A stretch of 64,000 nt of DNA from Deltaproteobacteria bacterium (GCA_016182655.1 JACPGB010000024.1:30549-94548), one strand, 5' to 3'. Positions 1 through 10,068 are shown, numbered from the stretch's first letter. Numbers and translations are program-made. Notes: generated by a model from the letters alone, not told the origin.

Positions 1-2329
1 CAGAGCCGCAGTCAGGGCACGCGCCGCGCTTCATGAGCTCGGGCGCGAGCGTGAAGTCGAGCTTGGAGTTCGGCATGTTAAGACTGCCGAGGCCTCCCGC
101 CATGGACCCCAAAGAGAGAGCACTGGCGGTGTTCCGCTTCAAGCCCAGGTACCAGTCCATCGCCTGCGCCATGGCATCCGAACACGACATTACCTTGCCC
201 CCGCCGAAGCCCACGGGCAGATGACAGCTTATGCCCCTCATCTGCTGGACTATCTCCTCGGCCTGTATGCCGCTACGGAGCGCAAGGGATGTCATCCTGC
301 CCATAGCCTCGCACTGCGATGACACGCACCCGCCGGCCTTGCCTATCTGCGTGAATATCTCGAAGGGTCTGCCCTCCTCGTCCTCGTTTATCGTGACGTA
401 GAGGTTGCCGCACCCGGTCTTTATCTTGCGCGTGACGCCGAAGGCGACCTCGCCCCTCGGCTTCGGCTTCGCGGACTGGACAGGCACGGCCATTTCGGCG
501 GACTCTACCGTCGCTATCTCCTTCGCCTCTTTCTTCTCGCTACCCTTATTTAAAACCTGCACCTCGCGCGAGCCGTCCCTGTAGACGGTCACGCCCTTGC
601 ACCCGGTCCTGTACGCCATGATGTAGACCTCGGCGACGTCGGCGACGGTCGCCTCGTTCGGGAAGTTGACCGTCTTGCTGACGGCGTTGTCCGTGTACTT
701 CTGGAACGCCGCCTGCATCCTGATGTGCCAGTCGGGCGCGATGTCGTGGGAGGTGACGAGCACGCTTTTCACGTCCTCGGGTATGCCTTCGACGTCGTGA
801 AGCGAGCCCTTCTTGGCTACCTCTTGCATGAGCTCCGGAGAATCGAAACCCCTCTCGCGGGCGATCTCCTCGAAGAGCGGGTTCACCTCTATCAGCTCTG
901 TCCCTTCCATCACGTTACGGGTGAAGGCGAGCGCGAAGAGCGGCTCGATGCCCGAGGAGCACCCGGCGATGATCGATATCGTCCCGGTCGGAGCGATCGT
1001 CGTGACGGTAGCGTTCCTCGGCCCCTTCTTGCCGTCGAAAATGGAGCCCTTGCAGTTCGGGAACGCGCCCCTTTCACGGGCGAGGTCGACGGAAGCGTCT
1101 CTGCCCTTCTCCTGTATGAATGACATGATCTTTTCAGCGAGCTCGATCGCCTCTTCGGAGTTGTACGGGACGCCGAGCCTGATGAGCATGTCGGCGAATC
1201 CCATGACGCCCAATCCGATCTTGCGGTTGGACTTGGTTACCCGCTCTATCTCGGTTATCGGGTACTTGTTCATCTCGATGACGTTATCGAGGAAGTGGAC
1301 GGCCTTTCTTATCGTGTCGTCGAGCTTCTCCCAGTCGAACCCGTAGCCGTCCCTCTCAAGCGTCAACATGCGGCTTAAGTTTATCGAGCCCAGGTTGCAT
1401 GACTCATACGGCAGGAGGGGTTGCTCTCCGCACGGGTTAGTCGATTCTATCGCCCCTATGTGCGGGGTCGGGTTGTCCCTGTTCATCTGGTCGATGAATA
1501 TGACGCCGGGGTCGCCGTTCTTCCACGCCATCTTGACGATCTTGTCGAAGACCTCGCGTGCGCGGAGGCTTCCGACAGGCGTCTTCGTCCTCGGGCTTAT
1601 GATGTCGTACTCGCCGTCGACTTCTACGGCCTTCATGAAGGCCTCGGTCAGGCTGACCGAGATATTGAAGTTGTTGAGCTTGGAGTTGTCCTCCTTGCAT
1701 ACGATGAAGTTCATGATGTCCGGGTGGTCGACCCTGAGTATCCCCATGTTCGCGCCGCGCCTCGTGCCGCCCTGCTTTATGGCCTCGGTCGCGCTGTCGA
1801 ATACGGTCATGAAGGATATGGGGCCCGAGGATATCCCGGAGGTCGAGCCGACCGAGTCGCCCGAAGGACGCAGGCGCGAGAACGAAAACCCGGTGCCGCC
1901 GCCGGACTTGTGTATGAGCGCCGTGTGCTTTACCGCCTCGAAGATGGACTCCATCGAGTCTTCGACCGGCAACACAAAGCACGCCGAGAGCTGTTGCAAT
2001 TCCCTTCCGGCGTTCATGAGGGTCGGGGAGTTGGGCATGAACTCAAGCGAGGTCATCATCCTGTAGAACTCCCGGGCCGTATCCTCTACGTCGGCGGCGG
2101 GGTCGAATTTGGCCTCCGCCTCCGCGATATTGCGGGCCACACGCCAGAACATCTCTTCAATAGTCTCTACGGGGCTGCCGTCCTGGTCTTTTCTAAGATA
2201 CCTTTTCTCCAAGACCCTCCTGCCGTTTTCGTTTATCTCGACGCGCGCGTGGTCGTGCTTGGGCTTCTTCGCGGTCTTTTTCTGCGGCAGGGCTGAGTTC
2301 AGCAGACGGCTATAGATGTCCTGGTCCAT
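1..2329 (-). CDS. nrdJ: Class II (adenosylcobalamin-dependent) ribonucleotide reductase with C-terminal TSCPD/Zn-ribbon region; 3' end runs off the window
   Basis: Not in the ORF track because it has no stop in the window. Manual translation from ATG 2329: MDQDIYSRLL...FMPNSPTLMNAG..QLSACFV..GGGTGF..TNPCGEQPLLPYESCNLGS..TTIAPTGTIS..KIKTGCGNLYVT..CPDCGS. G-rich SD upstream. Confidence 0.93.
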   Translation of the reverse strand, partial: MDQDIYSRLLNSALPQKKTAKKPKHDHARVEINENGRRVLEKRYLRKDQDGSPVETIEEMFWRVARNIAEAEAKFDPAADVEDTAREFYRMMTSLEFMPNSPTLMNAGRELQQLSACFVLPVEDSMESIFEAVKHTALIHKSGGGTGFSFSRLRPSGDSVGSTSGISSGPISFMTVFDSATEAIKQGGTRRGANMGILRVDHPDIMNFIVCKEDNSKLNNFNISVSLTEAFMKAVEVDGEYDIISPRTKTPVGSLRAREVFDKIVKMAWKNGDPGVIFIDQMNRDNPTPHIGAIESTNPCGEQPLLPYESCNLGSINLSRMLTLERDGYGFDWEKLDDTIRKAVHFLDNVIEMNKYPITEIERVTKSNRKIGLGVMGFADMLIRLGVPYNSEEAIELAEKIMSFIQEKGRDASVDLARERGAFPNCKGSIFDGKKGPRNATVTTIAPTGTISIIAGCSSGIEPLFALAFTRNVMEGTELIEVNPLFEEIARERGFDSPELMQEVAKKGSLHDVEGIPEDVKSVLVTSHDIAPDWHIRMQAAFQKYTDNAVSKTVNFPNEATVADVAEVYIMAYRTGCKGVTVYRDGSREVQVLNKGSEKKEAKEIATVESAEMAVPVQSAKPKPRGEVAFGVTRKIKTGCGNLYVTINEDEEGRPFEIFTQIGKAGGCVSSQCEAMGRMTSLALRSGIQAEEIVQQMRGISCHLPVGFGGGKVMSCSDAMAQAMDWYLGLKRNTASALSLGSMAGGLGSLNMPNSKLDFTLAPELMKRGACPDCGS

Positions 2330-2361
2330 GCTTTTAAATCCCCCCTTTTGGGTTTCTGGCT

Positions 2362-2499
2362 TACCTCTAAAAATTGTTATTTTTCCTGATCTCTGTGTCA
2401 GGACGGAAATAAAAATGCTCACATATTATAATATATATGCTGCGCTTTTTATTTCCGCCCTTCCTTGACCTCAGAAAAAATTCCTAATTTTTAGAGGTA
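2362..2499. repeat. ~138-bp palindromic MITE-like element, family A copy 1
   Basis: Terminal IR TACCTCTAAAAATT/AATTTTTAGAGGTA and inner IR CGGAAATAAAAA/TTTTTATTTCCG; near-identical copies at 24560, 57578 and ~58760. Confidence 0.9.
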
Positions 2500-2685
2500 G
2501 CCTTCTAATAATTTATTGTTTAGCGGCCCCTCGGAAATGGGGCCCACAAGATATTTGAAAATCCAACATGACCCGCAATCCATCGAAAACTTGTACGCCC
2601 CGAAAAGATAATTGTGCGCTTGTGACGGCGTGAGTTCACTTTGGGCCGGCCGGAATCAATTAAGTCTTTGGATTTACAAGGAAAA

Positions 2686-2739
2686 TGGCGTATATTGTGG
2701 ATGTGACCTATCTAACCACAACATATAGTATATTGTCAA
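2686..2739 (-). promoter_or_regulatory. Tandem NrdR boxes and -35 element of the nrdJ promoter
   Basis: CACAACATATAGTA (2717-2730) and a weaker TGGCGTATATTGTG (2686-2699) lie 31 bp apart, the typical NrdR spacing; TTGACA on the minus strand at 2739-2734. Confidence 0.7.
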
Positions 2740-2966
2740 GCGCGATTTTGTGCAAATCGAGCTTTTTCACGCGGGGTTATAACGTCTGGATTTTGCCTGT
2801 TTAATGGGACGGCGCGCTTATCAAAAAGCCGTTGCATAAGGCCTCTAAAGGGTAAAAAAAATCGGACCCCCGCTTAAGGCGCGTTGAAACAGGGAATACA
2901 GGCGGTCGAGAACGAGAGTTTTGAAAAAGCGGCGTGACGGAGGGTAGAAAACGGCCTCAAAGACCC

Positions 2967-3293
2967 CTACCTGTAGGCGATGACCCTGATGTCTTCGAGT
3001 GTGATCATCCCTTCCTTTACCATCGTGTCAAGGACCGGGAGAAATGCCTCTATCCTGTCTTTCCTGTCGACGATCTCCACGACCATCGGCAGGTCTTCGG
3101 AGAGGCGGAGCACCTTCGAGGTGTGGAGCCTGCTGTGGACGCCGAAGCCGAGGACGCCTCTTAAGACCGTCGCACCGGCGAGCCCGCGCCTCCGGGCCTC
3201 CTCGACTATGGCTTCGTACAGGGGCTTTCCGTCGTACCTGTCGCTCTCGCCTATGAATACCCTTAAAAGCTCGGCGTCTTCCGGGAGTTTCAT
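2967..3293 (-). CDS. DUF190 (PII-like) protein
   Basis: LRVFIGESD..PLYEAIV..GLAGATVLRG..LSEDLP; typical crcB neighbour. Confidence 0.88.
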   Translation of the reverse strand: MKLPEDAELLRVFIGESDRYDGKPLYEAIVEEARRRGLAGATVLRGVLGFGVHSRLHTSKVLRLSEDLPMVVEIVDRKDRIEAFLPVLDTMVKEGMITLEDIRVIAYR

Positions 3294-3352
3294 CAGTCGG
3301 CCTCCTTCTTCTTCTAACTGGATTGCATAGCAGGGTGTTTTTCAACACCCTG

Positions 3353-3724
3353 CTAAAGCAGCCGCCCGAGCGCAAGCCCGAGCATTAAAAAGATTATGCC
3401 TGTTATGTTCTGGAGCGCAATGTTGCCGAGGGCGAGCGCCCACTGCGAATCACGCAAAAGCTGGTTCGTCTCGAAGATAAAGCTCGAGAAAGTCGTGAAC
3501 GCACCCATGAAGCCTACGAGGATGATCGTCCTCGTCTCGCCGGATATCGCGAGCCTGCCTTCAGCCGCCGACCATACGAAGCCGAAGAGCAGGCACCCGG
3601 CCATGTTGACCGTGAAGGTCCCCCAGGGGAAGCCGGCGCCAACGGCCCTCTGGACCGCGCCGCCGAGCCAGTACCGCAGCAACGTGCCCGCCACACCGGC
3701 TATAGCCATATAGAATATCTTCAT
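3353..3724 (-). CDS. crcB: Fluoride efflux channel CrcB/FluC
   Basis: G.LLRY, FPWGTFTVN and GFMGAFTTFSSF motifs. Confidence 0.95.
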   Translation of the reverse strand: MKIFYMAIAGVAGTLLRYWLGGAVQRAVGAGFPWGTFTVNMAGCLLFGFVWSAAEGRLAISGETRTIILVGFMGAFTTFSSFIFETNQLLRDSQWALALGNIALQNITGIIFLMLGLALGRLL

Positions 3725-3926
3725 GCTTACCGTATGTTTCCAGGAAATAACCGCTATTCTATTTCAAAACCCCTCCTTAATCAAACAAAATATAGGGTAA
3801 AATGTTGACTACCGGTATCTCTTGATGTTAACTTTAATGGATAGCCACCCTATCAAAGTCACGGAAGCGCGTAAAGGCAAGTGCTAAGATAAGCCCCGGA
3901 ATTATTTATAGAAAGGACTCAATGAT

Positions 3927-4628
3927 TTGAACGGCCCGTTGACTCAGCCAGGTCTCTGGGAGATGGTCGCCGGGGCGGGGATGATGGTCAAGTTCGTGCT
4001 CCTCGTCCTCCTCCTCTTCTCGGTATTCTCCTGGGCGATAATCGTGTACAAGGTAATGTTGCTGAAAAGAATAGAGAAGGAGACGCACGCCTTCTACGAC
4101 CTTTTCTGGGACAAGCGCCAGTTCGCGCAGATATCAGCCGCATCGAAAGGCTTCAAGGCGACCCCGCTCGTAGGCCTCTTCAACGCCGTATACGCGGAGC
4201 TTACGAACATCATGAAGGCCAACGAGCCGCTCGGGGGCAAGGTCCAGAAGGACGATATCGAAAGGCTCCAGAGGATACTTAAAAAAGCTCGCTCCATAGA
4301 GACTGCCAAGCTCGAGTACGCCGTCGGCTTTCTCGCGACCACCGGCAACACCGCGCCGTTTATAGGGCTCTTCGGCACGGTCTGGGGCATAATGACGTCG
4401 TTCCGGTCCATCGGGGCCAAGGGCGCGGCAAACCTCGCAATCGTCGCCCCGGGCATATCGGAGGCGCTTGTGGCCACGGCCATGGGGCTCCTTGCCGCGA
4501 TACCCGCCGTTATGGGTTATAATCATATTTTGACGCGGGTAGGCCGGATAACGACCGAGATGGGCAACTTCTCATCCGACCTCCTGAACGTCGTCGAAAA
4601 ACAGGTCTCCAAAAAGCCGGGGGCCTGA
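3927..4628 (+). CDS. tolQ: TolQ
   Basis: APFIGLFGTVWGIM, APGISEALVATAMGL; first gene of the tol-pal cluster. Confidence 0.93.
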   Translation: MNGPLTQPGLWEMVAGAGMMVKFVLLVLLLFSVFSWAIIVYKVMLLKRIEKETHAFYDLFWDKRQFAQISAASKGFKATPLVGLFNAVYAELTNIMKANEPLGGKVQKDDIERLQRILKKARSIETAKLEYAVGFLATTGNTAPFIGLFGTVWGIMTSFRSIGAKGAANLAIVAPGISEALVATAMGLLAAIPAVMGYNHILTRVGRITTEMGNFSSDLLNVVEKQVSKKPGA

Positions 4629-5038
4629 TGGAGACCGGCCAGAACGAACGCAAGCACCTCGCGCAGATAAACGTGACGCCGTTCGTCGACGTGATGCTCG
4701 TCCTCCTCATCATCTTCATGGTCACGACCCCGATGATGCAGGAGGGTGTTGACGTCAGCCTCCCCAAGGTCGAGTCCGGCGCATTGAAGGCCGACGACGA
4801 GCCGCTCGTCGTTTCCATCGACAGAAACAGGCGCATATTCCTGAACGACAGGCCCTTCAGGCCCGAGGAGCTGAGGAAAAAGCTCGAGGCGATAAAAAAG
4901 TCGGGTGGGGCCGACAGGATGGTCCTGCTCCGCGCCGACGAGTCGGTCCCCTACGGCTTCATCATGTCCGCGATGGCCGACATAAGAAAGGCTGGTATCG
5001 AGAAGGTCGGGATGGTGACCGAACCGGGAGAAAGATAG
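4628..5038 (+). CDS. tolR: TolR
   Basis: INVTPFVDVMLVLLIIFMVT. Confidence 0.93.
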   Translation: METGQNERKHLAQINVTPFVDVMLVLLIIFMVTTPMMQEGVDVSLPKVESGALKADDEPLVVSIDRNRRIFLNDRPFRPEELRKKLEAIKKSGGADRMVLLRADESVPYGFIMSAMADIRKAGIEKVGMVTEPGER

Positions 5039-5899
5039 GTGGAAGGACTCCTTCGGGCCCAGAGGGGCATGGCGAAGACCCTCGCGGGCTCTATCATTTT
5101 CCATGCAGTCATCATCTCAGCCGGGCTGTTCCTCTTCGAGGCCGGCTCGAAGAGGGATTTTTTTACGCCGGTCTATACGGTAGAGATCATCGCCCCCTCG
5201 TCCGTAAGCGGCCCGGCGTCGACCCCTGAGGTCGCCGAGGCCCCGGTGGCGGCGGAAGCAATCGAAGAAAAGGGGCCTGCAAAGGAAGAAAAAAAGGCCG
5301 AGGCCAGGACCGAAAAGGTCAGGGTAAAGGAGAGCGCGTCAGTATCCGAGGCCTTGAAGAAGGTCGAGGAGAGGGTCAGGAAAAAGACCGAGGAGGCCTC
5401 TGTCTCATCCAGGATAGAGGAGATAAAAAAGAGGCAGGAAGAGCGCGCCCGCGAGACCGGCGGAAGGCTCTCGGAATTAAAAAAAGAGCTCGGGTCCAAG
5501 GCAGACAAGGCCGGGCCTGCGCCGTCGGCAAACGACTCCAAAAGCATCGCCAAATCCGCCAAAGGGCCTGCGTCAGGGGCGGCGACGCCAACGGGGGGCG
5601 GCAATCTCAAATCCAGATACCCTGCCTATTACAGCATCATCCACGACCGGATCAAGGATAACTGGCTCTATCCGGAAGGTTTCGATTACAAGAAGATATC
5701 CGTCATAGTCTCGATAAAAATAGACCGTAGCGGCTCTCTCCTCGAGTCCATCCTCGAGGAGAGCTCAGGGAACAAGAGGTTCGACGAATCCCTCATGAAC
5801 GCGATACAAAAGGCCTCGCCGTTCCCGCCGCTCCCGCACGAGTTCGAGGGGAAGTACCTGGAGACCGGCCTCAGGTTCTGCCCGGGATGCCCCGAATAG
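5039..5899 (+). CDS. tolA: TolA/TonB-family energy transducer
   Basis: N-terminal TM with SxxxH, K/E/A-rich stalk, TonB_C-like end (SSGNKRFDES..ASPFPPLP), operon position. Confidence 0.82.
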   Translation: MEGLLRAQRGMAKTLAGSIIFHAVIISAGLFLFEAGSKRDFFTPVYTVEIIAPSSVSGPASTPEVAEAPVAAEAIEEKGPAKEEKKAEARTEKVRVKESASVSEALKKVEERVRKKTEEASVSSRIEEIKKRQEERARETGGRLSELKKELGSKADKAGPAPSANDSKSIAKSAKGPASGAATPTGGGNLKSRYPAYYSIIHDRIKDNWLYPEGFDYKKISVIVSIKIDRSGSLLESILEESSGNKRFDESLMNAIQKASPFPPLPHEFEGKYLETGLRFCPGCPE

Positions 5900-5940
5900 G
5901 GCGCGCAAAAAAATCCGTCTTACATGCCTGAAAGGTATAA

Positions 5941-7260
5941 ATGATCAAAAAGACCATAGCTTTTTTATTTGCCATTTTTTTGCTCCTGCCCTTTGGGGCC
6001 GAGGCCAAGGTCTACATAGACCTGGCCGCCCCCCAGGCAAAGAGGCTCCCTATCGCCATACAGGATTTTAAATTCCTCGGCGACGAATCGAAGGCAAAAG
6101 ACCCTTCCGTGGCAAATATAAGCGCGGAGCTCGCCGACACGCTTAGGTCCGACATAAGGTTCTCGGGCCTCTTCAATATAATCGAAAAAGACGCCTACCT
6201 CGAAGACGCCGCAAAGTCGAATCTCACCGACGACAAAATAGACTTCCGCCTCTGGAGGGCCATAGGGGCCGACACCCTCATAAAGGGCGGCTTTTCAATT
6301 GAAAAGGAAAAGCTCACGGTCGAGGTGCGCCTCTTCGACTCCATAACCGAAAAACAGGTCCTCGGGAAAAAGTACATAGGCTCGGTTGCGAACCCGCGGA
6401 GAGTCATGCACTACTTCGCCGACAATCTATACGAGGAGTTGACCGGCCGGAAGGGCATCTTCACGACCCGCATCATGTTCGTCTCGAACAGGGACGGGAA
6501 CAAGGAGATATTTGTCGCCGACTACGACGGCAGGAACGCCGTAAAGGTGACGCGGAATAAGTCCATTAACCTCTCCCCCCAGTGGTCGCCTGACGGCAAG
6601 AAGGCACTCTACGTCTCTTACAAGAAGGGCTGGCCCGCCCTCTTTCAGCTCGACCTGACGAACGGAGCGGACTCGGGCGTGTCCGCAAAACCCGGCATAA
6701 ACATAGGCGGCAGGTACTCGCCCGACGGCACCAGGGTGGCGCTTACCTTGAGCGGGGATAAATCCCCCGAGCTCTACACCCTCGACCTTTCAACGGGCGA
6801 ATACAAACGGCTCACCGACAACTACGGCATAGACGTCTCTCCCGCGTGGTCGCCGGACTCTTCCCGCATCGCGTATGTGTCAGATGTCGCTGGAAACCCT
6901 CATATTTTCATGTTAGAATTGTCGTCCGGGACCTCAAGGCGCATGACATTCGAGGGCAAGTACAACTCAAGCCCGGCCTGGTCCCCCGACGGTAGCAGGA
7001 TCGCCTTCTCCCGCTCGGATTCCGGGAGGTTCAATATCTGGGTGATGAACGCAGACGGTAGCAACTCTACCCAGCTCACCTTCGACGGCAACGACAGAAG
7101 CCCGTCATGGTCGCCTGACGGAAGGTATCTTATCTACAGCTCCACTGCAAAAGGGGTCTCGTCGCTCCGCATAGTGCGCTCCGACGGGACGGGGTCCATG
7201 AAGATAGAGACCGGGACGGGGAACGAAAAATCCCCGGTCTGGTCGCCTTATTTTCAATAG
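5941..7260 (+). CDS. tolB: TolB beta-propeller protein
   Basis: Signal peptide and repeated SPxWSPDG (PD40) motifs. Confidence 0.95.
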   Translation: MIKKTIAFLFAIFLLLPFGAEAKVYIDLAAPQAKRLPIAIQDFKFLGDESKAKDPSVANISAELADTLRSDIRFSGLFNIIEKDAYLEDAAKSNLTDDKIDFRLWRAIGADTLIKGGFSIEKEKLTVEVRLFDSITEKQVLGKKYIGSVANPRRVMHYFADNLYEELTGRKGIFTTRIMFVSNRDGNKEIFVADYDGRNAVKVTRNKSINLSPQWSPDGKKALYVSYKKGWPALFQLDLTNGADSGVSAKPGINIGGRYSPDGTRVALTLSGDKSPELYTLDLSTGEYKRLTDNYGIDVSPAWSPDSSRIAYVSDVAGNPHIFMLELSSGTSRRMTFEGKYNSSPAWSPDGSRIAFSRSDSGRFNIWVMNADGSNSTQLTFDGNDRSPSWSPDGRYLIYSSTAKGVSSLRIVRSDGTGSMKIETGTGNEKSPVWSPYFQ

Positions 7261-7307
7261 ATATTAAAGGGCGTTTTTTTAACCTTTCACCAAAGGAGGT
7301 TTCTACG

Positions 7308-7913
7308 ATGAAAAGACTATTCGCGATAATCCCCATGCTCGTATTGAGCGGAACGCTCATCTATGGCTGCGGCGGCAAGAAGGCGGTAAACGACGACATC
7401 TCCGGAAAAGCCGCCGGGGAAGAGGCGGACAAGGACTCGGCCGTAGTCGTCCCCGAGGGCGGGCCGGTAGGAGAGGCCGTCACTTCCGAAGACCTCGGAG
7501 GCTCCGCAAAGACCGGCGGAAAGTATGTATCGCTCACACCCGGTGACACGCTCACGGTGCAGGCCGAGAAGGAAGGCCGGCTCTATACCATCTACTTCGA
7601 TTACGACATGTACTCCGTAAGGGACGCCGACAAGGACCACCTCTCGAACAACGCGAAGTGGCTCTCGCTCAATTCCGGCGTGGCCGTGCGCATCGAGGGA
7701 CACGCGGACGAGCGCGGCGAGACCGAGTACAACCTGGCGCTCGCCGACAAGCGCGCCAGATCGGTCAAGAAGTTCCTCGAGGACATGGGTGTAAAGACAG
7801 AGAGGCTGGATTCCATAAGCTTCGGCGAGGAAAAGCCCGCGGTAAGCGGACACGACGAGGATGCATGGGCAAAGAACAGGCGGGCCGAGTTCGTGATAAC
7901 GAGGACTAACTGA
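7308..7913 (+). CDS. pal: Peptidoglycan-associated lipoprotein Pal
   Basis: Lipobox IYGC; IEGHADERG..YNLALADKRA..KNRRAEF. Confidence 0.95.
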   Translation: MKRLFAIIPMLVLSGTLIYGCGGKKAVNDDISGKAAGEEADKDSAVVVPEGGPVGEAVTSEDLGGSAKTGGKYVSLTPGDTLTVQAEKEGRLYTIYFDYDMYSVRDADKDHLSNNAKWLSLNSGVAVRIEGHADERGETEYNLALADKRARSVKKFLEDMGVKTERLDSISFGEEKPAVSGHDEDAWAKNRRAEFVITRTN

Positions 7914-8863
7914 TGCGCCCTTCCTTAAAAAGACTCTCAAAGGGCGCGTTTCTCCCCTTTGCCGCGCTCTCTCTCGCAGTCTCGCTCTACGGGTGCGGCC
8001 CGGGTTTCCCCATAATGACCGACGAGCAGGAAAAACTCGTAAAGAATGTGGAGCGGCTCGTAAAGGAGAACTCGGAATTGAAGACCCGCCTTTCGGCGCT
8101 TGAGGCCGGAGGCGGGATAAGGGCCGAGCTCGACGCCATGAAAAGGTCGGTAGCCGAGGCTAACGCCGGGATAGAGGGGCTCCGGCACGAGCTCTCGTTC
8201 GCAAAGGGCTCGGCTGAGGAATCCGGGCTCGAGAGGGCGCGCGTAAAAGAGGCGCTCGATTCGGTAAAGTCCTCGATAAAATCCGCCGATGAGAGGCTTA
8301 AATCCCTTGAGAAGGCCTCGACCGAGGACGCCGAGGCCATCGCCTCGATAAGAAGCGCTATCGACAACAACGACCGGAAGCTCGGGGACCTCAAGGACGC
8401 GATAGCGTCGGTCGAGAAGAAGGCCGTTGCCGCGGCTGAGGCCTCGCGGATAGCGCAGTCCCAACCCCAGGACGCGAAAAAGGGGGAGGAGCCGCCCGAC
8501 GCCATGTACGCCCGCGGCTACAAGGAGACTATAGACAAGGACTACGCCAAGGCCGCGGAGACCTTCAAGGCCTTTCTCGCGAACCATTCCGGGCACAAGC
8601 TCGCCGGCAACGCCCAGTACTGGCTCGGAGAAGTCTACTACGCCAGAGGCGACTGGGAGCTCGCCATTCTCGAGTTCGACAAGGCAATAAAAAAATACTC
8701 TGAAAGCGAGAAGGTCCCGGCCGCTATATTGAAAGAGGCGCTTTCGTTCGAGAAGCTCGGATCAAAAAAAGAGGCCCGGGTCCTGTTGAATGAGGTCCTG
8801 GACCGGTTCCCGAAGTCCCCTGAGGCAAAGCTCGCCAAAAAGAGGCTCGAATCGCTCAAATAA
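7913..8863 (+). CDS. cpoB: Tol-pal TPR protein CpoB/YbgF (lipoprotein with long coiled coil)
   Basis: LYGC lipobox, coiled coil, NAQYWLGEVYY TPR; follows pal. Confidence 0.88.
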   Translation: MRPSLKRLSKGAFLPFAALSLAVSLYGCGPGFPIMTDEQEKLVKNVERLVKENSELKTRLSALEAGGGIRAELDAMKRSVAEANAGIEGLRHELSFAKGSAEESGLERARVKEALDSVKSSIKSADERLKSLEKASTEDAEAIASIRSAIDNNDRKLGDLKDAIASVEKKAVAAAEASRIAQSQPQDAKKGEEPPDAMYARGYKETIDKDYAKAAETFKAFLANHSGHKLAGNAQYWLGEVYYARGDWELAILEFDKAIKKYSESEKVPAAILKEALSFEKLGSKKEARVLLNEVLDRFPKSPEAKLAKKRLESLK

Positions 8864-8920
8864 GGGAAATGGAAAGGCGTCGCCCATGCCTTTCCCAATG
8901 CGCTGAAGGGTCCGGGAGAG

Positions 8921-9904
8921 GTGTTAATGGTTGACAACTCGGCAGGCAAGGTCCTCCTGGTCGACGACTCCCAGCAGGCGAGGGAGGTCATAAAGGACAT
9001 CCTGAAAGATGTCTTCCCTGTCTTCGTCGAGGCAGACGACGGGTTGACCGCAATAAAGGCCTTTGTGGAGGAGCGTCCGGGGTTCATCATCACGGACATA
9101 GAGATGCCCTCCATAAACGGCTACAGGTTCATCTCCACGATCCGGAACATGGACGACGGCAAGGACGTGCCGATCATCATGCTCTCCGGCACAAGGGACT
9201 CCCTCAAAAAAAAGCTCACGGGCTTCAACCTCGGGGCGAGCGACTTCCTCATAAAGCCGTTCGAGCCCGAGGAGCTCCTCGCCCGCGTGAAATCGTTGCT
9301 CCGCATGCGCCATCTCATGGACGAGCTCAAGGAGAAGAACTCGCTCCTTGAAAAGCTCGCAGTCACCGACGACCTGACCGGCCTCCACAACAGGCGGTAC
9401 TTTTTCGAGACGGTAAGGGAACAGCTCGCTTTGGGTCTGCGCCATAACCTCAAGCTCGCCTGCATGCTCATGGACATAGACCACTTCAAATCGATAAACG
9501 ACACATGGGGGCACGTAGCCGGGGACGACGTTTTGAGGAAGATCGGGGCGCTTCTCTCCTCCTGCAAGCGCGAAGGTGAGATACTCGCGAGGTTCGGCGG
9601 CGAAGAGTTCATCATCTGCCTCTTCAATACCGATTCCGAAAGCGCGGGCAAGGCGGCCGAGCGGTTCAGGGCCCTCATCAAGTCCTACGATTTTTCTTCG
9701 GTCTACTACCCCGCGATAAAGGTCACCATCTCCATAGGCCTCGCCGTCTACCCCCAGGGGGCCCTCATCTCCATAGACGAGCTCATAAAGGCGGCCGACA
9801 AGGCCCTCTACGCCTCCAAGGTCGACGGCAGGGACAGGGTCACTCTCTACGAGTGGTCCACAACCGACGCGCCCCGGCGCGAGGAGCCTGTCCTGGAGAA
9901 GTGA
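8921..9904 (+). CDS. Response regulator diguanylate cyclase (REC-GGDEF)
   Basis: VLLVDD/TDIEMP receiver; DIDHFKSINDTWGH and RFGGEEF. Confidence 0.93.
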   Translation: MLMVDNSAGKVLLVDDSQQAREVIKDILKDVFPVFVEADDGLTAIKAFVEERPGFIITDIEMPSINGYRFISTIRNMDDGKDVPIIMLSGTRDSLKKKLTGFNLGASDFLIKPFEPEELLARVKSLLRMRHLMDELKEKNSLLEKLAVTDDLTGLHNRRYFFETVREQLALGLRHNLKLACMLMDIDHFKSINDTWGHVAGDDVLRKIGALLSSCKREGEILARFGGEEFIICLFNTDSESAGKAAERFRALIKSYDFSSVYYPAIKVTISIGLAVYPQGALISIDELIKAADKALYASKVDGRDRVTLYEWSTTDAPRREEPVLEK

Positions 9905-10021
9905 CCGCCCCCTTGCCAGTCTCATCGCGCTGAATCCTTTTGAATTCAAAATTACTAAAAACATTATACTGATACCCGAGCAAAACTTCCCAAAATCTAC
10001 TAAGAGCAAGTGTAATGTTTT

Positions 10022-10063
10022 AAAAATAAGAAAGGGAGGGGGCTAAAAAACCCCCTCCCTTTC
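10022..10063 (-). terminator. Intrinsic terminator after the 40-aa peptide ORF
   Basis: 13-bp stem GAAAGGGAGGGGG/CCCCCTCCCTTTC followed by TTATTTTT on the minus strand. Confidence 0.85.
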
Positions 10064-10068
10064 CTTCC

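Noticed and set aside
33-2315. Several long plus-strand ORFs (725-1123, 813-1346, 1368-2066, 1421-2296)
   Set aside because: Antisense shadows of nrdJ caused by GC-rich codon bias; the same applies to most overlapping ORFs in the track (e.g. 8924-10009, 38175-39620, 48235-49242)
3725-3800. Fluoride riboswitch upstream of crcB
   Set aside because: No GGnGATGnnnTYCnCC-like core visible on the minus strand
5870-5899. C-terminal CPGC motif in TolA
   Set aside because: Noted, but a single CxxC in a periplasmic domain is most simply a structural disulfide; nothing else supports a redox role
9910-9918. CCCTTGCCA repeated at 11851-11859 as a target-site duplication of the island
   Set aside because: The right copy is 12 bp away from the IS-like end and doubles as the -35 of the DUF362 promoter; probably coincidence
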